A stretch of DNA of 29,948 bases from Perkinsus olseni. Its lineage: Eukaryota. The stretch's first letter is position 1, and each line of letters starts with the position of its first letter. The position numbers were made by a program, and so were the translations under genes. The stretch is from NCBI GenBank assembly GCA_013115125.1, contig JABANN010000055.1, forward strand, positions 62,001 to 91,948. The letters are read 5' to 3'. Of this stretch, positions 10,076 through 23,100 are shown in pieces. The notes beneath the pieces were generated by a model, which was not told where the DNA came from, searched no databases, and was given only the letters and a program-made list of their open reading frames with translations.

Positions 10076-11295
10076 TGAAAGGGGTAACAAGGTAAGCTGA
10101 AGATCTCATGGCAGAATAGATGACTACGAATCTTCAGGGACCCCCTCAGAGAGACAACACGACCGACCTCTGCACGATGACCCGAGCAGCTCAAAGCTCA
10201 GAAGCAGCGAAGGATAAACCAGACGAAAGCCTCCCAGCAGTCGATAGCAACGCATCACCGCCGAGAAAAGTTCCCGACTGAAGGAAGAGAAACTCCCCTC
10301 GATTGACCGAGCTCTCTGGTCGGACGAGGACGAGGAACCATCTCAACGCACGCCCGCTTTGTGGGTGCATGCTGATACCGACTACCACCACCTGAGCCCC
10401 TGTGGCGAACATCTGCTGCTGCTGATGACGATAAGAGTGAAACATAGTGGTGCTAAGCATCGATCGCGGCTCTGTGATGGTACTTGGTGGCAACCCTACA
10501 TAGGAGGGTCGGCGTGAGTGGGATTACTAAGCATGGGTAATGGGCACGCACCGTCCAAACAAGGTTGAGGTACTTTGATGGGGGCCATCATTGCTAGAAC
10601 CAGCGAAGCACTGACAACAGATATGACCATAAGATGTAATGGCTGTGATGACGGTGGACACGAGCTCGACCCTGCCCTCCCCTCCTTGGATGGGGAGGTA
10701 GAACACCAGAGACCGCTCCAGACTCGGCGCAGACCGGGTAAAGAGTACAGTAGCAGGTCTCCTGTATCGTACTGAGCAGCGGTGGCCACCCCCTCGCAGT
10801 TGGCAGCAGTAAAGGACCAGTGCTACTATGCTGACGAGATCGAGCCGGTGTGAGTAGCCCAAGGCACCGTTCACACCCCAAGCCTCTGCATCACGGGCCC
10901 TTGGAAACGATATCCTGCATAATTTAAGTTTTCGTAAAAAATGTTAGCTTACTCTGTAGTCTATCAAAAGCAGTGGTAGAGGAGGGCGATGGCTGACGTG
11001 CCACCGGAAATGCGGCCTTGGAACAGTGGCTGTGCGAGATTGGTAGCACCCGGAGAGAGAGAGCTGAATCACCCGTCCACTATTGCCATAACATCACTAT
11101 GCAACTCAATAACTGGAGTGGTGTTGGATGAAAATGTGCCAGTAAGGTAGGCATGAAGAGACAAATGATTCGTTAAAGAAGGAGGGAGAGGAGGTAAGCA
11201 GGCTAAGCCTGCCAGACCCTGCCGCAATGCACCATTTGGCAGATTTCACCGCCCCTTCCAACGACGAGGAAGTGAAAGTCGCCATCTTGAACAAC

Positions 11296-12454
11296 TCATA
11301 CAGCATCGCCAATCGCATCACCGACAGGTGAGAAAGCCCTGCCGGAAGTTCCGCGACATCCAAGCTCGGCTTCGTCAGGAGCCTTACGGATGTAACAACG
11401 CGGGGCTGGCCAGTTGTGGATCTGTAGAAGAGGATGGCCGATAGCAGCAACGGAGTGCCGGCAGCAACTCACGAAGATTCCCTTCCAAACTCGGGCTCCC
11501 ACGTAACGGTCTGTCTTGATCCGAGCGAACAAGGTGATGAAGTGCCACACCGTGGCCTCTACTATACCTAAGAAGGGTCGATGTGGATGAAAGGCTGGGT
11601 CGAATGGCGACCTATGATGCCTCCCATGAAGACTTGTTGAGGAGTATGGTCTCGCAGGATGACTCTTGATAGAGGTATCGGTAGGAGTACCAACGACCAG
11701 AAACAAACGACTACAACCAGCTGATCTGATGGGGAGAAGAGAATGACGATACACGGAGGGGACGACGACTGAAGGGGTACCTTCAGGAATGGTTGGGGCG
11801 GTCGGCAGGATGTGACCATTGCGTAGGAAGGAGCGCAGTTTCTCGAGGAACGATCGAGACACCTGAAATGACCACAGACTTGAGTGAGGAAGGCGGACAA
11901 GGAGACCCCACACTGTATCCCTGCTCAGTCTGGTAGGCACGGTAGGCTACGTCAAACATCAGTATCGTCCAGAGGGCCACGGATACAACGGCATGGCTAG
12001 AAGGCATCCCGCAGGTGGTGTTGCAGCTTCCGACAGGCCGCGGCTGCTCCACCTGGGTCAGAACGTATGATGGCCCTTAGATCAAGCGGACATTATTACA
12101 ATACGCTTCCAGGCGTATTCACTGAGAAGCAAGACTGCAATGAGGAAGAGTACTAAGCTGTACTCACGCGAGCCTCTACGCCACCTGAGCAGATCAGCAG
12201 CTTGCCGTCTAGACCTGCCCTCAACATCCTACAGCACCAGGATGATGACCAGCAGAATGGCTGCGAAAAGCAGGTATCCATACAAAATGGAGATGCCGTC
12301 GAAGAAGTTCGGATTAGTCGGAGCGGTGATGTCAAAGAGGAGGTGCTCACCTACCAGGGTACCATACGAATGCCGGAGGCAGGCCCTCGCCATTACCGAA
12401 GGGACAGACGCTATCCGAGTCGACATACCAAGCAGGTGCACACACGGTGGCCAT
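11296..12454 (-). CDS. PAP2-superfamily membrane phosphatase (dolichyl-diphosphate phosphatase DOLPP1/Cwh8-like), copy C, intact
   Basis: Spliced product contains C1 KRIVEQPRP, C2 GMPSSH and C3 SRVILRDHTPQQV (terminal Q as in the DOLPP1/Cwh8 group), plus several hydrophobic helices. ATG 12454, TGA 11296. Confidence 0.88.
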
Positions 12455-12970
12455 TGAATCGACTAACGAGGTAAGTCAAAGACCTGATTGTTCAACCACA
12501 GGCAGTAACCGACACGACGCGGATGGTGGCGGGTGGCAAGAAGGCGAGGAGACAGTGTAAAGGCAGTACGACGGGGAGCGAGCAAGCCTACGACCTTCTT
12601 GGGCCTCAGTTGAGACTATGGGAGTAAGCCATTAGCAGAGTGATCAGAGCAGCATACGACATGCTCGATCCATTTGCGTGTTGAGTCGCCGAAATCAGGA
12701 CTAGTGGTGATGGCAACTCTACATCGACTTAAAAGAGACATTCAACCTTCAAGATGAGTCACACTCGATTCAGTCGCTGTCTTCAAATAAGACCGCTGTG
12801 AAAGTTTCCCGTCGCCGCTCGGGACGGAGACTCCTCGAGGTCGTCAGCTGCAGCAATAGCCAGCGGAGGGTAAGCCATCCAGGTATAATGGCAGTGACTG
12901 ACAATGATAGTCCTATTGCAAGTCGTCCAAATTCAGCAACAGTTCAATTGTCTTCGCTAGAGTAGCCAAA

Positions 12971-14646
12971 CTAGGCTGATTCCGGTAGCGTCGGCCGAGT
13001 ATCGGGACTCGGGGCAGAGCCGAGTGGCGACTCCAGCGGCGATGCCTCTGTCGGCTGACATGGAGAGTTCAATCCCCCGGTGCTGGGTGGTGACACGACG
13101 CCGCTGCCTTCAACCGCATCACCGCTCTTCAAGGGAACATAACAGCGAGGGGCCGGCCAGTTATGAATCTGAGAATAACGAGAGCTATACCATTCGTCAT
13201 CCCAATGCAATAAACAAGATGCTGTTCATCTCGCGTCACTGGACATGGCGCGTGCCATAGACATGCGAAGGAGCCACGCCTAGGGTGGTTGCAGCGGACG
13301 AAACACTACGGATTATGTCGACTATCACGCAACGAAGCTCCCGAACCCCGACAGCCAAGACGCGTGAGGAACTCACGAAGCATCCCTTCAACCACCGATG
13401 GCCCGAATACTCCTCTGTCTTGACACGCAGCAGCAGCGTGAGCAGGAACCAGATGATGGCCTCCACGACACCTGCCGAAGGTAAATTCAGTGAGATGATT
13501 TACGACGCCGGGCGGTGTCCTAGAGCAGTTGGAAGCTAATCCTTGGATTTAGTTTGCATAAACCAGACATGATCCGCGCCGAGGTTGGTATGGGAGGGAG
13601 CGGGGACCGCTAGGCTCGGGATAGCCCAGGGCAGAGTCTTGACATTACCGATAATTCCAGCCATGAAGACCTGCTGGGCAGTATGATCCTTGAGGATGAC
13701 TCGAGAGAGGGGGACGGGTAGCAGTGCTAGGGACCAAAAGCCGGCTGCCACGACAAAGTGATCTGATCATCACTACAAGGTGCAGCATACACGCCTGCAG
13801 TACACGGGTACCTTGGGAAATAACAGAGGCAGTTGGTAGTATATGACCAGCGTGCAGGAAGGTTCGAAATCGACTTACAAAAGAGGACGGGCTAACCTGG
13901 GAGAGAGTAAGGCAGTGGCAGGTGAGTTAGCTATCGAACTCGATAAGAATTTTGGGCACGAGAACTCCCTGCGTTGGCATCGAAGGCTCCGGTTTTTCCG
14001 GACCGGAAAAACCTCCCAAAGGGACTGTACGCACAAAATTGGTGTATGAGAGTCGTGGATTCCCAGCAGGCGTCTGGCGGCAGCCGGCGGCACTCACGCT
14101 GTTGCCCTGGGGTGTCTGACCGACTCTATACGAAAAGTCCAGCACTAGTATCGTCCATAGGGCAGTGGCGATGACTGCGTGGGAAGAGGGCATACCACAG
14201 GTGATGCAGCAGGATCCGACCGGCCTCGGCTGGGCCACCTGAAGGCACAACTTCCCGCTGTCGTGGGCGGTGGAGGGTGACTCACTATGTGCTTCCAACC
14301 GAACTCGTTGGACACCACCACGATGATGCCGAATAAGATGATGCTGTACTCGTGGAGACCCCTCCGCCAACTGGAAGACGAAGACGCTCTACGCGAAGGT
14401 TATAGGGTTAGTCGACTTACAACATGATGAGGATGAGGAAGATACCAGCAGCATAGGGGACGTAGCCAAACATGACCGAGAGTCCCTGCAGGAAGCCAGC
14501 ATCGTAGGGAAGAGTGACATCCCCCGCCAGATGCGTGCCTGGGACAGAGTTCGAGAGCATGGGCGTCCGTAAAGACGCCTACCATAAGGACACTCGCTGT
14601 CACTGTCGACATACCACTGCGGTAGGCATGCATCCACCTTACCCAT
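12971..14646 (-). CDS. PAP2-superfamily membrane phosphatase (DOLPP1/Cwh8-like), copy D, intact and more diverged
   Basis: C1 KHIVAQPRP, C2 GMPSSH, C3 SRVILKDHTAQQV. Shares intron positions and the terminal motifs WYVDSDSxCP and IHNWPAPRCY with copy C. ATG 14646, TAG 12971. Confidence 0.88.
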
Positions 14647-14926
14647 CAAGGAAACGAACGCTACTGTGAGAAAGTCATCCTCGGCCCCGCCACCGTGAAC
14701 CGTTAAACTACATCCCCGCTGCTCGGAAGAATAGCCCAGACTAGTCTCGTAGCAATTCCCTCAATAATTTACAGCGTGCTTCCGGTACGCACTGTAATCG
14801 TAGGAATGTAGGACCAACTCAACAAGCCACCTTCTTTACAGTACGAGAAACGGTTTAACGTGTTGGTGAAGGAGTGGTAGTGCTGACGTAGTGGCGGCTG
14901 CCGGTGATAATACACAAGAGATGGAA

Positions 14927-17549
14927 TCACTTGAAGTCCCTTTGGAAGTTGTAGCTGTCGTCGCCATCATCCATCGCGGTATCGGACGCCTGAGCAGCAG
15001 CAGCCTGAGAGTTCCCCATCACGACCATGTGCCTACGTCCATCTGCTGCGCCTGTTGCCTCCTCTCCTTCTTCCCCTGGTTGCGCTTCATCTCCTTGGTC
15101 TTCTTCTTGATGTCACGATTCACACGCGGGTTCAATCCCGTGAATATCCGTTTTTCCGCTTTAGATTTGCCCGGAGTCTTCTTCTCCTCGGCAGCCTCAT
15201 CAACTAGAATCTAACAAGAATGCCAGCCCTCCTACCACTCCATCCCCAACTCCGCTGCCACCCACCGGAACTTCTTCCTCCTCTTCGTCATCATCCACCT
15301 CAGCGACCTCCTCAGGCTCCTCTTCCTCGCTGCTCTCCATGGCGCTGTCATCAACGACCATACCAACGCCCATATCGCCACTCTGGGCAGCGTGATGGGC
15401 AGAGCCGCTGAACTCAGCCCCAGCTGCTGCTTCCGCGTTGGTGTCGGCCTGCAGTCACAACCCGGGTCCTCTTCGCACGTCGGGGCTACACCTCCCCCTC
15501 ACCTGGCTGAAGAGAGCGTCAATGTCGAACTCAGGACTGGCAGCGGCAACAACCTTGGCAAAGGTCTTGCCCTTGTCGGTGGCAGGAGGCATGCAGAAGA
15601 ATCTAATCAAAACAGAGTGGGCCGTGTGATAGTGATAATCCTCCTCATTATTACCGCAGCCGTCCGCTGGTCCACTCCCTGAGGACGTCCTTGGCACCCT
15701 GTCGGAAGTCAGGAGCACCGCCACGACGGAGCTTGCCTCTAGTCCGACATACATGACCGACCAGCTCAGTCACCGACTCGAAAGCGGGCATCTGCAGACA
15801 TCTTCAGTTGATGCATGCACTTCTCATGGAGCTTACCTTGAAGTGCTTCAAAACCGCGTTACGGGGCGTACGCTTGACCAGGGCCTCAACGACCGGCATC
15901 GGGTCCTCGAGGGCATCGACGTTGACGGACTGCCGGATGACCTAAAGGATCCGACATACCGCTACACCCGCCAGAAGACCTGTCTATTACCAGACTGGAA
16001 GTGTTGCTGGCCGACTCCTCAGAGCCCGAGAAGATCACACCCGGACAGTCAAGAAGGCTGACCTAGAACAAAGAGCACTGACTGGTGGCAACAAGGCCGG
16101 CGGCTGCACTTACTGTCTTATCGATTTGAACCTCCTGCATCTGCTTGGTGACGCCAGCACGATTGCCCGTCATAAGGTGAACACCCTTTCCTCGCTTCAT
16201 GGAGTTGATCACAGAAGACTTACCCACGTTAGGGTAGCCGACAATACCAACGTTAATACGGCCAGTACCAACACCCCTGAGACGAGTCCTCCTTCCGAGA
16301 GGGAGCAGATCAAAGGCCTTACCTGGCGTAGTTCTTCAACAGCTGCAGCAACGCATCGCTGCCGATGACGCCGTAGCTGGACTTGAGCAGACCCTCGGAC
16401 GCGGTCTCGGCAGCGATCGCTCGGCCGGTTTGACCTGTGATGGACCATACTCCCAGGAGACTGCGAGGTCACTTCACAGCCTACGGTCTCCCGAGCTCCT
16501 GGCGGCCTTGAACGCAATGGTAGGGAAGTCCTTGCGGAGATAGGCCAACCATGCCTGGACAGCCTCCTTCGGTACCAAATCTAAGGTCGAAGGTAGTACT
16601 ACACGAAGACCAAAGATTCCAATACTCTCACCTATCTTATTGAGTAGGAGGATGGCCTTCTTGCCGTGGGACAGTATCTCCTCCTCCAGGCTCTTGCATC
16701 GACAGCTCATAGGGTCTCGAGCATCCAAAACCTACCTCACAGCCATCCAAGCGCTACACAGCCAGAAGTGCTGCCACCTACCTCCACGACTACATCAGCC
16801 ATGCCCATCACCTTCCTCAGCTCCCTGTAGTAGGCCCTCCGAGTGTTCTGGGCCTGCGCGGAGTAGCAATAGGTGAATCAAACGTCGTTAGCGCCTAGCG
16901 TACCTCCTTAGAGTTGCTCCCTAGGTGCGTGACGCTGTGCATATCCCTCACAGAAGTCGAAGAGCCGATAAGGGCATCTGCTGACCGGTCGTAAAGCCTG
17001 GCAACAACAGGATATGATCTAGGGTTGCTAGTAGCCGGCGGGGTTATTCGTACCTCGTCCGTCGCTCGGCCTCAGACTTCAGCTCAGCCAGGGACTTCAC
17101 AACCTTATCCTGCTTCTTCTTAGACACTACTGGCTGCACCGGCAGGCCCTACCACAACCATCAGATCTTACCCAGCCCACGAAAAGCATTGTTACCTTCT
17201 TGCGCAGTTCCCTCTCACGCTTCCTGTTAGCCTCTATCTCCATCTTCCTCTTCTCCATGTCGTTCAGCACCTACATACCACACCTTCCCCAACTCACCAG
17301 CCACGGTGTAGCCTACCTCCTGCTTGAAGGGCCAGCTGTTGGGAATGCCGGGATCTCTCCTCTTCTTCGACACCACAACGCCGGACTTCTTAGCGACTCG
17401 GGCCTGCTTCTTCACCTTCCGGTTATGTTCTTTCACCTGACACCACGCCCGGCGTCTTCGAAGCCACAGGCTCCCCAAAACACGACCTTCTTCTGGATAT
17501 TGTACTTCCTATTCAGCGTCTGTCTCCTCGAAGGCTTCTTGATCTTCAT
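14927..17549 (-). CDS. GNL3: nucleostemin/Nug1-family circularly permuted GTPase (60S biogenesis)
   Basis: N-terminal [25 protein letters not shown]...[11 protein letters not shown] (GN3L/Grn1 motif), DARDP, G4 NKID ahead of G1 [10 protein letters not shown]3 DCPG, and C-terminal [11 protein letters not shown]. Confidence 0.95.
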
Positions 17550-17720
17550 AGCGGGGGAGTCAAAAGGAGGAGGACAGGTGCTAACGATGGTCCCTTAAGA
17601 ATGATCAACTCCAACGCGACCAGGCAACCACTGTACGTGGAAGAAACGTTACTCGATATGAGGACAGTGCCCAGGTAGGAGGCAGGTAGAGTACGTCTGG
17701 CGATGGTGAAGCTCAGATAC

Positions 17721-19271
17721 TTATTTGGTACGTAGCTTCTTCTTAGGGGCGGTCTTCTTCTTGCCATTCTTCCCCGTGGCCTTCAAGATCTTCCGAGGGG
17801 CCTCAGCTGCAACAGCCGCACGCTTCTTCTCGCGTCTCTGAAGCGTGACCCAGTTCACTCAACTATAGGTCCCCAGTTCAATTCCCACCTCCTCCAATTT
17901 GCCCACCGGGACCTCTGACAGCTTCAGCTTGCCGACGTCCTCTTGCTCCTCTTCCTCCTCCTCAGCGGCCTCTGCGAAGCGTACTCGCTTAGTGCCCTTC
18001 TTCTCAGGCTTCTCCTCCACCGACTTAGCCGCTGCCGGCTTAGCCGTCCACACAGGCAACATGATAGAGTCGGTGCTCTGCACGCCCACACTCAGGATCT
18101 TGCGCTTCAACGACAGCATGTCGCTCGACAGAGCAGCAAGGACGACCTCAGCGTTCTCCACAAGGTCCCTACGATAGATACCACCTCTTTCGCAACGAAC
18201 GGAAAATTAGATCATCCTACTCCTTGGACATAGAAGTGTCACCAATCCGCACGCTGATGCTTGCTCCGGTGCTCTTCCGGTAACGGGTACCTTAGAGGCG
18301 AACTGAGAGCCGAGAGAAAGGCATCTCCCAAGACAGTACTGTTGAGGGCCTTCTCCACCTGCTTAGTCGGGTCGACGTTTACGGAGGAGGGCCACTTGAC
18401 AGGAACCCTGACGACACAGAGAGGTACTCAAGCTACCGAGATTCGGTCGATTTACGGTATCTTCTGCTTCTTGTGATGGTAGAAGTATTTGCCGAGGAGA
18501 TTAGGGAGCATGTCGGCCACCGAGGAGTCGCAGAGGAAGACATCGTGGGCGTTGGCCAGATCCCGGAGGAGCTCGAAGCGAGCCGCGTACCTACGGTTTA
18601 CGAGATACTCCTCCATAAGGTCAGAGATTCCCTTAACACGCCTACTTAGATCGGAGCGCCTTGATGGTGACGATCTTATGGATGGGCAGGCTGTACCTGT
18701 AGGATGCACGCATCAACCTAAGATACTCCCAGAATGCCGAGTACTTGGCGACCAGTTTCTGTGCTGTCTGCTTGGGGTCCCGGGCGATAAGACAAATAGA
18801 CAATCCCTCGAGACCGTTCTTGCCGTGGATCGAATGGGGCACTTGTCTGATAAGAACAGTCTTATCGGCGGAGCAAAGCAGCACGGGATTATATTTCGAA
18901 GATGGCACGAAACTCTACGATATGCCCGATGAAAAGGACTCCGCTGGTGGCAAGCCCCTCTCCCATCCCCCATTAGTACATCAAGCGATACTTGCTATCA
19001 GCCTTTCCCTGTATCTTATCCACGTTGATCTGTACAGTAACGGTATCGCCAGCCTCCTCGGCCAGCAGGTCCTTGGTGGCCTTCTCTTCTGACTTCTTCG
19101 CAGAGTATCTAAGGTCGAAGCATGCTCATCACCCATGAACGTCCAGAGGAGAGGTATCTTTCGCAGCGCTCTTATTGAACAGCTCAGATCTGTTAACGAG
19201 GTGAAGTGCCACCAACGGACGTGAGACCCTCAATTCTACGTGACGCTACCCGCACGGCCAAAAATCGACAT
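17721..19271 (-). CDS. RSL1D1: ribosomal L1 domain-containing nucleolar protein (RSL1D1/Cic1/Utp30-like)
   Basis: ICLIARDP, RDLANAHDVFLCDSSVADMLPNLLGKYFYHHKKQKIP-VPV, ENAEVVL...SVGVQSTDSIMLPVW and a Lys/Glu-rich tail. ATG 19271, TAA 17721. Confidence 0.9.
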
Positions 19272-19321
19272 TCTGACAGTCCGGGCGGAATTTTTTTCGA
19301 GCGCTAAGGGCATAGAGGCTG
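19272..19321. promoter_or_regulatory. putative bidirectional promoter / strand-switch region
   Basis: Only 50 nt separate the RSL1D1 ATG (minus) from the first possible uS8m ATG (143 nt if uS8m starts at 19415). Contains CCGGGCGG followed by AATTTTTTT. Function is inferred from position only. Confidence 0.45.
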
Positions 19322-20056
19322 ATGAATACCGCTGTGTACCCTGGGACGTACTTGAGAAGGGCACTAACTGCCTTAGGTAGCTGCGAGTTGCAGGCCTTTA
19401 CGGAAGACTTCTCCATGGGTGCCAGAACAATCGATTGCTTGGGCGTGCGCGAGCTCGCACAGAGTCGACGTGCTCGGAACGTAGACTGTGGAGTCCGTTC
19501 TTTTTTGACGATGCAGAAGGCATGTGAGATGGTAACGAGCCTGCTAACGGCGACAGCGCCGGTCCAAAGGTGTCCCTACAGCACGATGAACGTAAGATAC
19601 CATCGACGACCTGTCCGTGTCAAGGTCGACCTCAAGATACCTGCGCAGGTTCACTTATTAAAGCTGCTGCAGCGGGAAGGATTTATAAGAGGATTCGTAG
19701 TAGAGGGCAACCGTATCAATATTCTCCTCAAAAGATATCAATGTACGCCACCGTCGGGCACCCGGAGGCCTTTGCACTCGAGTCGTCAGTCGCTCCTGTC
19801 ATCCGCAACATTCAAGTCGTTTCGAAGCCAAGCCGAGACATCTGGCTGCTGCCTCACGAGCTCAAGGAGCGGACAGGGTGAGGAGGGGGCCTTGGGAGTT
19901 TCGTGGCGCAGCGGTCATGCTGCCCTCAGGATGAATACTGGGACATGGGTAATGCAGACCCCAGAAGGGTTCATGACCCACCGAGAGTGCATCGAGCTGG
20001 GCGTCGGAGGTAAGGTCATCTTTGCCATCAATAACGGTGCGCAGAAGTGGTGCTGA
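19322..20056 (+). CDS. mitochondrial small-subunit ribosomal protein uS8m (start 19322 or 19415)
   Basis: S8-family motifs after splicing: PYSTMN-VHLLKLLQREGFIRGF...INILLKRYQ-FAPVIRNIQVVSKPSRDIW...VMQTPEGFMTHRECIELGVGGKVI. Bacterial-type S8 in a nuclear intron-containing gene. Confidence 0.88.
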   Translation: MNTAVYPGTYLRRALTALGSCELQAFTEDFSMGARTIDCLGVRELAQSRRARNVDCGVRSFLTMQKACEMVTSLLTATAPVQRCPYSTMNVRYHRRPVRVKVDLKIPAQVHLLKLLQREGFIRGFVVEGNRINILLKRYQCTPPSGTRRPLHSSRQSLLSSATFKSFRSQAETSGCCLTSSRSGQGEEGALGVSWRSGHAALRMNTGTWVMQTPEGFMTHRECIELGVGGKVIFAINNGAQKWC

Positions 20057-20144
20057 GAGCATGTTTCTGGGAACCGTTAACGGCTGTCGCGTTGCAGTTG
20101 GTGACGCTGGAAGGGAGGAATCTTGCAGTATATTCGCTTTTCTC

Positions 20145-23100
20145 ATGTCCTCTCCTGATCAACCTTCGGCGTCGTCGACATCCAAAGATACTCCCATGGG
20201 AAATACCAATGCCGCTACTAGCAACGAAGATACCCCCGCCGAGGATGGAACCTGGGTCGTTCATGTGCGAAGAATGAACGGTGTCACGCTCACGTATAAC
20301 GTGAACCCACATACCGAGACCGTGGCAGATCTTATGGATCGGATACACCGAGAGGTCGGGAGGTTGACGCTTGCATCACACAAGTCGCAGAGATTCGCTC
20401 GATTTCAGGCTGAAATCGATCCGATGCTGCAACGGCTCATTTTTAGAGGGCAGGTGATCTCTCACGAGCCCAACAAACACTTAGACGAATTCCTCACCGA
20501 AAGCGGCCAGACAGTCCACATGGTTGTAGGTGGATTCGCTCGCTCATCTCATGGAGGAATCTTTCGTTCTGTAACGGTCCAGGTTCGACCTGTATCGACC
20601 CTAAGAAACTCTACAAATTCATCTACAACGCCGATTTCAGCGCCCGATTCTGGGAGGGGGGCGACCGGTGGAGGAGGACCGCAGCAAGGCAGCCCGAACG
20701 ATGTGCCGCCGCAGATCGGTAGACTCGGCAGCGCTACTTAGACAAGGTCTTTACTCGTAGCTTCTCAGGGAATATCTTCAGTGCCTTGTTGCCGCCGGGC
20801 CTGATGTCCGGCAATGGGCAGTTTGTAATTCCGGGAGAAGTGCCCGGGAACGGAGGTCCCGAGGGGGGAATGCCCGGAGCGGCGCATGTGGTGATGCAGT
20901 CTTTCCAGCTGGACCCCACCACAGGACAGGTACAACGGGCGGAGGCCGCGGTCCGCTAGGCTGATAGTCATTGTGTAGATCATCGGCGATGAGCAGCAGC
21001 AGGGCGGCGGCGGGGCGATACCTCTTCCCTTCGGGGGGATATTCGGCAGGCCCCCTATGTCCCGCAGGACTCCCGCCACCACCTCAGCCAGTGAGTCGAG
21101 GCCGTCCTCTGCTGTACTGAGTGTCTCCCTCAGCAGATGGTAGCGGCCAGTCGGCCAACCCCCAGCCTCCCTCCGGTGACTCGTCAGCATCGGCTCCGAG
21201 GAGGTCGTCACCAGGCCCTGCACAGGTAGCTCTTGAGCCCTAGTAGGGCTGCCCTACCGTGGTCGTATCACTAGTCTCAGGCTCGGGCGGCCAACACTTC
21301 GAGCCAGACGCCAGAGGGCGGCAATGGAGGTGGCAACGGAGTGTAAGCACCGTCGCTGCTGTGAACCGTCCGATGCGCCCTTTCTTCAGGCAACAGATGA
21401 TCAGCGGTCTCTCGCAGCTCTTCGGGAATCTAGCGTCTGGGGCACAGCCTACCGCCGCTGCTGGTGCTGGCGGGGGATCTGCCGTCACCGCTACCTTCTC
21501 CACGAGCGCCGATAATAGGCCCTCTGCCGCCCGGCCTCGATCGCAGTCAGCAAGAGTGTATGGCTGGGCAGGACTTGGTGGCTGCTCATGGTTGCCTCAG
21601 GTCGAGAAGGAACGATAGCAGCTCGAGTGGGCCGTCGGACGGTCGTACCAGAGGGAGGGCCTTCCCTTCCGCAAGACGTAAGGAGAGCGCTTATCCCGTT
21701 AAAGTTCATCGAGGAATAGTCTTGGATTGTCTCAGGTACTAGCCGACCATCCTCAGTGGGGCAGCGACCGACGGGGAGCGGCGAGGCTGCTGTGGCCGCA
21801 GACGCCAGTAAGCACGGATAGGGGCTGCGGCGGTCTCCTTTTGATGGTTTTTGTATCAGATCGGATTCCCGTGAGCCCCCCTGAGCAGGCGCCTGTTAGT
21901 CGGGCTTATGGCGCACGGGAGGAGGAGCTACAGCGGAGAGCCGAGCAGACTCCGGGACTGCCATGGCGAACGCTCATCGATTCGGATGCCCGCGTGGATC
22001 ATCTCATGAGCCGTAGGCAGCTCCGGAGTCCGGAGTATACCCAATTTGCACTTTTTTCATCAGATTTATCGCAGCTGCCCGGCCCTCGGCACTACCGAGG
22101 CAGCGATGACTTGCCGACTTTTTTGCGTAACTACCAACGGTTGTTGCTCTCAGCAGCGCAGATGGTTGGGGACGTCAGTCTCATGGTAATAACAGCTACA
22201 CTGTTATCATCATCAGTATCGTTCCCATCCGTAGTTACAGAGTGATGCATCTCGAGGCGCGGAGGCCCCTCCCAACCCGCAGAGACAGGACGACCTGGCT
22301 TATGTAGGACTGAGTGCTGGCGGCGACGGAGCAGAGGTCTGATGGCGTCATTCTTTTCAGCTCGCCCGGATGCTGGCGGAACTCACCGACACTAGTGAGA
22401 TGATGGTCTCGGTCGTGAATAGAACTTGGTGCGACATGTTCGATCCGGAGGGCCGAGGCCAAGTACGGACTCGAGATCAGGATGAGAATGGCACTCAGAC
22501 AGTTGAGGTAGTAGCTGTCTGAAGGCTGACGTCGGGAATGGGGCTTTCTAGGCACCCGAGCCCTCGGCCCCATCAACGACACCCTCGGGACCACCTGCGG
22601 CTACTGATGCTGGTGCCCCTTCTGTTCAAGGTGGTGCCCCCACCCTCGGATCAACTTCTAATCAGGGTTGGTGTGGTAGGCAGCATGGGATGGCTCAGCG
22701 TTGTAGCTTAGGTGATGCGGAAGGAGCTGAGTCCTCAACGCGGCGGCCAGAGGAGAGCGCCAGACAGCAGCCATCAGCGTCTGAAGAGACCAGCGGCGAA
22801 CGAGCGCGTAAGAGGCAGCGCCGGAATCAATAGTGCTATCGTCTGTCGTTGTACAGTGCTTGAGGCTTCGGGGTTGTTGCGTTACAGCCAGTGTCATTGC
22901 CGATGGGAAACACATACGCCATCAGGTCTTGGTCGTAATCTGGACAATGAGCAGTCGCCGCTCATAAGATACTTGGGCGAGGAGGGCAATCAAAGTGCGC
23001 ATAAGGTGGAGGAAACTGACGCTGGGGAGGAGGTTCTGGACGAGGTAATGGTGGTAGCTGATCCATACTATGGATTCCATAGTCGTGGAGGCGTTACCCT

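Noticed and set aside
10191-10920. Possible small spliced gene between PAP2 copies B and C
   Set aside because: Several overlapping ORFs and splice-like sites, but no consistent model or recognisable motif; left unannotated.
15124-15142. B-box-like hairpin GCGGGTTCAATCCCGT
   Set aside because: Lies in GNL3 coding sequence, lacks the AGGTC variable loop and has the wrong loop register. It shows bare B-box matches arise by chance.
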